Assembly (NCBI GenBank): GCA_035545175.1
Contig: DASZYY010000061.1
Span: 1 to 38,630 of the forward strand
Source of the DNA: Mycobacteriales bacterium
GTDB lineage: Bacteria > Actinomycetota > Actinomycetes > JAFAQI01
Length of the DNA: 38,630 bases
Reading direction: 5' to 3'
A model generated the notes under the pieces. The model was given only the letters and a program-made list of their open reading frames with translations, made no database searches and was not told the DNA's origin. Positions 32,927 through 38,630 of this stretch are shown here, piece after piece; the first letter of the stretch is position 1; each line of letters starts with the position of its first letter. Position numbers and translations under genes: made by a program.

Positions 32927-33756
32927 GAGGACGGCTCCTGACCGCGATCCTCGCGGCGGCCACCGTGGCGTCCGCGTCCACTGTTGCGACGGCCGGCTCG
33001 CACACCGCGAAGGCGGCGAGCCGGCAGAGCCGCTACAGCGATGTCGCGATCGCGGGTGCCAGCGTCTATCTCTGGAGCAGCCACGGCAGCGAGAGCCGGG
33101 GCAGCGGCTGCACGCTGTCGTTCTCGGTCCGCTCGACGTCCACCGGCAAGAAGGGTGCGCTGACCGCCGGTCACTGCGTCGCGACAGTCGATGGCGGGCC
33201 GACGTACCTGGTCCACCAGACCCAGAGCCTGCCGGACGACGGGACGGCACCCGGCGACCTGCTCGGAAAGGTGTCGGGGCGCCACTTCGTGATGAACGAC
33301 AACGGCGACAGCGCGTTCGTCGCGCTGGTCGGGGGCCGAAGGGCGCGGCCGCTGCTGTTCACCGGCGGACGCTCGTCGCGCACCGCGATCCCGGTCGCCG
33401 GCGTCGTGTCACCGGCGCAGGACATGCAGGTCTGCTACTCCGGGGCGGCGACGGGTGAGCACTGCGGGTTCACGATCGTCGGCGGCTCGCAGAAGGTCAG
33501 CTTCAAGTCCACCCAGGGCCCCGTCGAGATCGGCAACGAGTGGCGCGCCCAGTCCGACGACGGCTCGGGATGCACGTCGCGCAGGGGTGACTCCGGTTCG
33601 CCGGTCTACACGTTGCGCGACGGCGTTGCCTACGCGGTCGGGATCCTGTCCGGGGGGCAGGTCAAGCCTGGGCAGTGCCCGTTCTACTTCACGCCGGTCA
33701 AGGCTGCGCTGAAGGTCCTGCACCTGACGCTCATCACCGCGAAGCCCGCGGCATAG
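32923..33756 (+). CDS. Secreted S1-family (streptogrisin/alpha-lytic-like) serine protease
   Basis: 277 aa from the ATG at 32923 (ATGA overlap with the tam stop). A signal peptide is followed by IAGASVYLWSS...GCTLSF, which resembles a streptogrisin mature N-terminus. The triad is TAGHC (His), DSAFVAL (Asp) and GDSGSP (Ser). Confidence 0.8.
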   Translation: MRGRLLTAILAAATVASASTVATAGSHTAKAASRQSRYSDVAIAGASVYLWSSHGSESRGSGCTLSFSVRSTSTGKKGALTAGHCVATVDGGPTYLVHQTQSLPDDGTAPGDLLGKVSGRHFVMNDNGDSAFVALVGGRRARPLLFTGGRSSRTAIPVAGVVSPAQDMQVCYSGAATGEHCGFTIVGGSQKVSFKSTQGPVEIGNEWRAQSDDGSGCTSRRGDSGSPVYTLRDGVAYAVGILSGGQVKPGQCPFYFTPVKAALKVLHLTLITAKPAA

Positions 33757-33760
33757 CCGG

Positions 33761-34177
33761 CTATGAGTTGACGAGGACGTCCGCGCCGAGCGTGAGGTAG
33801 GACCACAGCGTCTCGTCCGCTTCCGGCGGTAGCGCCAGATCGTCGAGGGCGGCCCGCATGTGGGCGAGCCAGTGATCGCGTGCGGTCACGTCGATGTGGA
33901 ACGCCGCGTGCCGTGCGCGCAGCCGCGGATGGCCGCGCGTCTCGGAGTAGGTGCGCGGCCCGCCCCAGTACTGCTCGAGGAAGAGCATCAGCCGTTCCGC
34001 GGCTCCCGCCCAGTCGTGGTCGGGATACAGCGCGCTGAGCACCGGGTCGTTGGCGACGCGGGCGTAGAAGCCGCTGACCAGCCGTTCGAAGGTGTCGTGT
34101 CCACCGATCGCGTCGTAGAAAGTCGCGGCCGACTCGACGCCTTCGATCGAGATCGGTTGGGGACCGGGCCGTTCCAT
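33761..34177 (-). CDS. glbO: Group II truncated haemoglobin (trHbO)
   Basis: FYDAIGGHDTFERLVSGFYARV...LFLEQYWGGPRTYSETRGHPRLRARHAAFHI...LVNS closely follows mycobacterial GlbO. The start is taken at the ATG at 34177. The track start at 34228 is a TTG that would leave only 13 nt to the divergent HNH gene. Confidence 0.85.
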   Translation of the reverse strand: MERPGPQPISIEGVESAATFYDAIGGHDTFERLVSGFYARVANDPVLSALYPDHDWAGAAERLMLFLEQYWGGPRTYSETRGHPRLRARHAAFHIDVTARDHWLAHMRAALDDLALPPEADETLWSYLTLGADVLVNS

Positions 34178-34241
34178 ACCTCCAAAGTACGGCGCGGGTG
34201 ACCCTCTTGCTGGGTACAGTGACCCCAACGAGGAGGCTGCG

Positions 34242-34766
34242 TTGGCTCATGCGCTCGTGTTGAACGCGACGTACGAGCCGCTGTGCGTCGTACCGCAGCG
34301 TCGCGCGGTCATTCTCGTCCTCACCGGCAAGGCGGTCGCGGTCGAGTCCGCCGAGGAGGAGCTCCATAGTGAGCGCCTCTCGGTGCACGTACCGCTGGTC
34401 GTGCGCCTGGCCCGGTTCGTGCGGGTGCCTTACCGCGGGGCGGTGCCGCTGACGCGTCGTGCCGTCTTCGCGCGTGACGGCGGCCGATGCGTCTACTGCC
34501 TTGCGCCCGCCACGAGCATCGACCACGTCGTCCCGCGCAGCCGCGGCGGCGGACACGTGTGGGAGAACGTCGTGTCGTGCTGCCGTCGTTGCAACCACGC
34601 GAAGGCGGACCGCGCGATCTCGGAGCTCGGCTGGCGGATGCCGCGGCAGCCGGTCGCGCCCACCGGGATCGCCTGGCGGGTGCTCGGCACCGGGCGCATG
34701 GCGCCGCAGTGGCGGCCCTATCTCGGCACGGATCTGTTCGAGGACACTGAGGCGGCTTCCGCATAG
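34242..34766 (+). CDS. HNH endonuclease (conserved actinobacterial, Rv2469c-like)
   Basis: 174 aa. The TTG start has GGAGG 5 nt upstream (34232-34236). CVYCLAPATSIDHVVPRSRGGGHVWENVVSCCRRCNHAK is an HNH motif with a Cys4 zinc site. Its divergent arrangement with glbO matches that in mycobacteria. Confidence 0.85.
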   Translation: MAHALVLNATYEPLCVVPQRRAVILVLTGKAVAVESAEEELHSERLSVHVPLVVRLARFVRVPYRGAVPLTRRAVFARDGGRCVYCLAPATSIDHVVPRSRGGGHVWENVVSCCRRCNHAKADRAISELGWRMPRQPVAPTGIAWRVLGTGRMAPQWRPYLGTDLFEDTEAASA

Positions 34767-34776
34767 GGTCCGTGTC

Positions 34777-35397
34777 ATGACGGCTCGCGCTCGCCTGGCT
34801 TCGCTCGCCCTTCTCGCTCTGGTCGCGGCGGCTTGCAGCAGCAGCTCGTCGGGCGGAGACGACACCGGCCCGACGTCGCCTGCCACCTCCTCTAGTCCGA
34901 CTGCTTCAGCGTCGGTCTCGCCGTCGGCCAGCTCCTCGGCGACGCCGACGCCCTCCTTCTCGAGCACCGTGCAGGCCACCGGTCCTTGCCGCACCAAGCA
35001 GCTGCGCCTGTCGCTCGGTCAGGGTCAAGGGGCAGCGGGTTCGACGTTCGTCCCGATCGTGCTCACCAACGCCTCCAAGCGTGCCTGCACCCTGTTCGGA
35101 TACCCGGGTGTCTCCTTCCTCGACGCGAGCGGTGCGCAGGTCGGCGTCGACGCGACACATGACGGTGGCGAGGAAGCAACCGTGTCCCTGGCGCCGGGTG
35201 ACGCCGCGAACGCCCAGCTCCAGCTGCCGGACCCCGGCGTGATCGGGGCCGACTGCAAACCCGCGAGCGCGGCGACGATGCAGGTCTACCCACCCGGGGC
35301 CTTCTCCTCGCTCACCGTGGACTTCCAGCAGACGGTGTGCACGACAGCGAAGGGCGCTGCCAACGTGCATCCGGTCACGCCGGGTGCCGGCGGCTGA
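34777..35397 (+). CDS. DUF4232-like lipoprotein
   Basis: 206 aa from the ATG at 34777; the track ORF start at 34459 overlaps the HNH gene. It has the lipobox LVAAAC, a Ser/Thr/Pro linker, and CRTKQLRLSLG...VPIVLTNASKRACTLFGYPGVSF...LQLP typical of DUF4232. Confidence 0.7.
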   Translation: MTARARLASLALLALVAAACSSSSSGGDDTGPTSPATSSSPTASASVSPSASSSATPTPSFSSTVQATGPCRTKQLRLSLGQGQGAAGSTFVPIVLTNASKRACTLFGYPGVSFLDASGAQVGVDATHDGGEEATVSLAPGDAANAQLQLPDPGVIGADCKPASAATMQVYPPGAFSSLTVDFQQTVCTTAKGAANVHPVTPGAGG

Positions 35398-35400
35398 CCG

Positions 35401-36816
35401 ATGGGCGAGCTGCACGACCTGACGCTGCTCGAGCAGGCGGCCGCGGTTCGCGACAGGTCGGTGTCGCCGGTCGACCTCGTCGAGCACTACCTGACGCGGA
35501 TCGAGAAGCTCAGCGACACGGTGGGGGCGTTCGTCACCGTCACCGCCGAGTCCGCGCTGGACTCCGCGCGCGCCGCCGAGCGGCTCATCGTTGACGGAGC
35601 CGAGGGCCTGCCGGCGCTGTACGGCGTACCGACCGCGATCAAGGACCTCAACCTCGTCGCCGGAGTGCCGACCCGGTTCGGCACGTCCGCATGGCCGGCG
35701 CAGGACCTCGGGATCGACGACGCGGTCACGGCGAAGCTCAAGGCAGCCGGGCTGATCTGCCTCGGCAAGACCAACACGCCGGAGTTCGGGCTGCCCTGCT
35801 ACACCGAGCCCGACATCGCCCCGCCGGCGCGGACACCCTGGGACCTCGAGCGATCGGCCGGCGGGTCGAGCGGGGGAGCAGCTGCGGCCGTCGCGGCCGG
35901 CCTGGTCCCGGCGGCACAGGGCAGCGACGGCGGAGGTTCGATCCGGATCCCGTCGAGCGTGTGCGGGTTGTTCGGGATCAAGCCGTCGCGCGGCCGGGTG
36001 TCGAACGCTCCCGTCTCGGCGGAGATCAGCGGGCTCGCCGTCAACGGCCCGATCGCCCGGACGGTTCGCGATGCCGCGGCGCTGCTCGACGCCATGGCCG
36101 GGCCGGCTGCCAGTGACTGGCAGTGGGCGCCGCCGCCCGAGGTGAGCTTCCGCTCGGCCTGCGACGCGGCACCCGGCCGGATGAACATCGGGCGCTTCGC
36201 GACCCCGGTGATCGCCGACGCCGAGGTCCACCCCGACTGCCTGGCGGCGTACGAGGCGGCGAGCAACCTGCTCTCCAGCCTCGGTCACCACGTCGTCGAC
36301 TACACGCCGAGCTTCGGCGCCGCCCTCGTGCCGGCGTTCGAGACGGTCTGGTCGGCGGAGTTCCTGAGCCTTCCGCTCAGCCCTGCCGACGAGCCGAAGA
36401 CCCGCCCGCTCACGCAGTGGATCCGCGAGCGCGGCCGCTCCGCCACCGGCCAGCAGGTGTACGCGGCGCTCGCGACGCTGCGCCAGGCGGCGCGCACCGA
36501 GCTGGCGGCATCCGCGCAGTACGACGTGATCCTCACGCCGACCTTGGCGCAGCCGCCGGCTCCGGTCGGCGGGTTGCGCAACGACGCCGATCCGGCCGCG
36601 GACTTCGAGGCGCAGAAGCGCTTCACGCCGTTCACCGCGCCGTACAACATGTCGGGGCAGCCCGCGGTCACCGTCCCGATGTACTGGACCGGCGCCGGGC
36701 TGCCGATCGGCATCCAGCTGATCGGCCGGCCGTACGGCGAGGCGACGCTGTTGGCGGTTGCCGCGCAGCTCGAGGCCGCCGCACCTTGGTCGGCGCGCCG
36801 ACCGGAATGCTGGTAG
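35401..36816 (+). CDS. Amidase (amidase-signature family)
   Basis: 471 aa. GGSSGGAAAAVAAGLVPAAQGSDGGGSIRIPSSVCGLFGIKPSRGRVS is the amidase-signature Gly/Ser-rich motif. IKD supplies the catalytic Lys context. Confidence 0.9.
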   Translation: MGELHDLTLLEQAAAVRDRSVSPVDLVEHYLTRIEKLSDTVGAFVTVTAESALDSARAAERLIVDGAEGLPALYGVPTAIKDLNLVAGVPTRFGTSAWPAQDLGIDDAVTAKLKAAGLICLGKTNTPEFGLPCYTEPDIAPPARTPWDLERSAGGSSGGAAAAVAAGLVPAAQGSDGGGSIRIPSSVCGLFGIKPSRGRVSNAPVSAEISGLAVNGPIARTVRDAAALLDAMAGPAASDWQWAPPPEVSFRSACDAAPGRMNIGRFATPVIADAEVHPDCLAAYEAASNLLSSLGHHVVDYTPSFGAALVPAFETVWSAEFLSLPLSPADEPKTRPLTQWIRERGRSATGQQVYAALATLRQAARTELAASAQYDVILTPTLAQPPAPVGGLRNDADPAADFEAQKRFTPFTAPYNMSGQPAVTVPMYWTGAGLPIGIQLIGRPYGEATLLAVAAQLEAAAPWSARRPECW

Positions 36817-36845
36817 GGCGAGCCGGTCAGATACGGTTTCGTGCT

Positions 36846-37208
36846 GTGAAGAACCGTCTCTCTGGCCGTCGTACCGCCGCCCGGATCGCCACGATCGCGA
36901 TGGGCGCGGCTCTACCCGTCCTGACCGTGGCGGCGCCGGCGCTCGCGCTGCGCCGCGACGACGGCGGGACCACCGGCGGCCCGGCGCTGGGCACTGGCGG
37001 GACCCTCTTCTTCTTCGTGGTGATCCCGGTCGGCGTCTTCCTCGTGATCGCCGCGCTGGCCCTCCTGCCGTCGGCGCTGCGCCGGCCGCGCTACCGCCCG
37101 GGCAAGCCCTGGGAGCAAGGCGACACCTGGATCGGCCTGCCGGAGGACGGCGAGAGCGCGGAGCCGGCCGCCGAGAGTGCACGGGGTGGCGCCAGTGCCG
37201 AGTGGTGA
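36846..37208 (+). CDS. Small membrane protein, possibly aa3-type cytochrome oxidase subunit CtaJ-like
   Basis: 120 aa from the GTG at 36846, in the frame of track ORF 36123-37208. It has one strong TM segment (LFFFVVIPVGVFLVIAALALL) followed by RRPRYRPGKPWEQGDTW...ARGGASAEW. The CtaJ resemblance (RYRPGxPW ... GGAxxxW) is from memory and needs an HMM check. Confidence 0.5.
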   Translation: MKNRLSGRRTAARIATIAMGAALPVLTVAAPALALRRDDGGTTGGPALGTGGTLFFFVVIPVGVFLVIAALALLPSALRRPRYRPGKPWEQGDTWIGLPEDGESAEPAAESARGGASAEW

Positions 37209-37575
37209 GGCATTCACCAACGAGCAGCAGCGCGACATAGAGCGGGTCGTCCAGCTCGCCAACTCGGAGTCGGCGCTGACGTTCTCGATCTACGTCGGAG
37301 AGGTCGACGGCGACATTCGCGATGCCGCGGAGGCGAAGCACGCGGCGTTCGGGGCACAGGCGGCCACGACCGTGCTGATCGTCGTCTCGCCCGACGATCG
37401 GCTGCTGGAGATCGTCACCGGCGAGGCCGCCGCCCGCCGGCTGACCGACCGGGCGTGTGCCTTGGCCGCGCTGTCGATGACGACTTCGTTCGCGGGAGGC
37501 GACCTGGCCGGTGGCATCGTCACCGGCGTCCGCATGCTCGCCGAGGCGGCGGGACACCCGATTCCCGTTCACTAG
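37195..37575 (+). CDS. DUF5130-family protein
   Basis: GEAFTNEQQRDIERVVQLANSESALTFSIYVGEVDG...VLIVVSPDDRLLEIVTG follows the DUF5130/TPM-like pattern usually found next to the ctaJ-like gene. The start is ambiguous among GTGs at 37177, 37186 and 37195; all three overlap the end of the upstream gene. Confidence 0.65.
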   Translation: MPSGEAFTNEQQRDIERVVQLANSESALTFSIYVGEVDGDIRDAAEAKHAAFGAQAATTVLIVVSPDDRLLEIVTGEAAARRLTDRACALAALSMTTSFAGGDLAGGIVTGVRMLAEAAGHPIPVH

Positions 37576-37617
37576 GTGCGGCGCGGGTCCACGTAATCCC
37601 GTGGCCGCGATGGCAGG

Positions 37618-38630
37618 GTGAACGTCGTGAGCGACGCCCCTGTGGACGGCGCCGGATCGCCGATGCCGGTACCTGCGCTGCTCAAGGATGCCGCCGGGTG
37701 GGTGTGGCGAATCCTTGTCATCGTCTTCGCCATCGTCCTGCTGGTCCGGTTCATGGACCGGCTCTACTTCATCGTCCTGCCGTTCTTCGCGGCGATCTTC
37801 GCGACGTCCCTCGGGTATCCGATCGTCGCGTGGTTCGCCCGCCGGGGCCTGCCGCGCCCGCTCGCGACCTGGCTCACGGTCCTGCTGGCGGCCTTGGTGT
37901 TCGGCGGCATCGCCGTGTTCGTCGTTGATCGCGCGATCAGCCAGTACCCCGACCTCGTCACCCAGGTGCAGGCGGCCGTCACGAGGTTCCGGCACTTCCT
38001 CACCGTCGACCTGCACGTGCGGTCGTCGTCGACGGCAAGCCTCGAGAAGACGATCACCGACTACCTGCAGCAGCACCAGTCCTCGGTGGCGTCCGGCGCG
38101 CTGTCCGGGATCGCGACCGTCGCAGAGACACTCGCCGGCGTCGTCCTGTGGTTCTTCATGACCTTCTTCATGCTCTACGACGGCCACAACATCTGGAACT
38201 GGTTCGCGAACCTCTTCCCGGCCGGCAGCCGGCACCGCGTGCACGCCGCCGGAGAGCAGGCGTGGGACCGGCTCGGCGGGTTCGTTCGGGGCACGTTCAT
38301 CATCGCGGTGTTCCACGGCCTCGTCGTGGCGATCGCGCTGTCCATCATGGGCGTGCCGCTCGTGGCGCCGCTCGCCCTGCTGGTGTTCATGGGCAGCTTC
38401 CTGCCGATCGTCGGCGCGTTCCTGTTCGGCGGGCTGGCCGTGGCGATCACCTTCGTCACCCAGGGCTGGGTGCTGGGCGTCGTGCTCATCGGCATCCTGA
38501 TCATCGACAACCAGATCGAGGCGCACGTCTTCCAGCCGTTCCTGGTGGGCCGCTACGTCGAGCTGCATCCGCTCGCCGTCGCCGTCGCGATCGCAGGTGG
38601 GGGCGTGCTCGAAGGGGTGTACGGCGCCGT
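37618..38630 (+). CDS. AI-2E family (UPF0118/PerM-like) transporter, partial (runs off the right edge)
   Basis: This frame is not in the ORF track because it has no in-window stop. It is open from 37597 with a GTG at 37618. My translation gives VNVVSDAPV...WVWRILVIVFAIVLLV...FFMTFFMLYDG...RGTFIIAVFHGLVVAIAL...FMGSFLPIVGAFLFGGLAVAI...IDNQIEAHVFQPFLVGRYVELHPLAV, the typical AI-2E pattern. Confidence 0.8.
   Translation, partial: MNVVSDAPVDGAGSPMPVPALLKDAAGWVWRILVIVFAIVLLVRFMDRLYFIVLPFFAAIFATSLGYPIVAWFARRGLPRPLATWLTVLLAALVFGGIAVFVVDRAISQYPDLVTQVQAAVTRFRHFLTVDLHVRSSSTASLEKTITDYLQQHQSSVASGALSGIATVAETLAGVVLWFFMTFFMLYDGHNIWNWFANLFPAGSRHRVHAAGEQAWDRLGGFVRGTFIIAVFHGLVVAIALSIMGVPLVAPLALLVFMGSFLPIVGAFLFGGLAVAITFVTQGWVLGVVLIGILIIDNQIEAHVFQPFLVGRYVELHPLAVAVAIAGGGVLEGVYGA

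Noticed and set aside
34242-34766. HNH endonuclease as a defence, homing or mobile-element gene
   Set aside because: It is a small stand-alone HNH protein divergent from glbO, the same arrangement as the conserved mycobacterial Rv2469c/Rv2470 pair. It has no partner methylase, ATPase, intein or intron context, so it is most likely a housekeeping conserved protein.
36841-36858. CRP/cAMP-receptor site (TGTGA-N6-TCACA) upstream of the ctaJ-like gene
   Set aside because: Only the TGTGA half is present. The second half reads GTCTC, and the element overlaps the proposed start codon.
34906-38568. 1220-aa minus-strand ORF, the joint-longest in the track
   Set aside because: It runs antisense across five well-supported plus-strand genes (DUF4232, amidase, ctaJ-like, DUF5130, AI-2E) and their intergenic gaps. 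Its product is a low-complexity R/G/D/P/A-rich string with no motifs. This is the classic stop-free antisense frame created by GC3-biased sense codons.

Overview
Very GC-rich segment with strong GC3 bias, best read as chromosomal DNA from an Actinomycetota genome. I support 42 coding regions (two partial at the window edges), 2 tRNAs, 3 hairpins/terminators, 1 tandem repeat and 2 candidate operator sites. Family calls rest on motif recognition by eye; no searches were run. Much of the window is core metabolism with mycobacteria-like micro-synteny: orn/tRNA-His, bioA-bioF-bioD, ssb-like/ettA, glbO/HNH, and a ctaJ-like gene next to DUF5130. Most long ORFs in the track that lie antisense to these genes are GC3 artefacts, including the 1220-aa ORF at 34906-38568. 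Five things stand out. (1) A Liv/HAAT-type ABC importer is fused into one 1230-aa polypeptide (LivH-LivM-LivF-LivG). It is translationally coupled to a membrane-anchored divergent binding protein and to an unknown exported protein with a C-terminal anchor. A second, conventional unfused Liv system lies in the same window. (2) A two-gene cassette encodes an unrecognisable 14-Cys, Asn/Gly-rich secreted protein followed by an orphan Mce-associated-like membrane protein. It is divergent from an efeM-efeB pair that has no efeU, and an IdeR/DtxR-like iron box lies between them. (3) A perfect actinobacterial LexA SOS box sits on the leaderless start of a gene cut by the left edge. (4) The last 12 nt of bioD plus 5 nt downstream are tandemly triplicated as a 17-bp unit. 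(5) ettA, tam and a secreted S1 protease are joined by overlapping stop/start codons. There is no CRISPR array, integrase, transposase or recognisable defence system.
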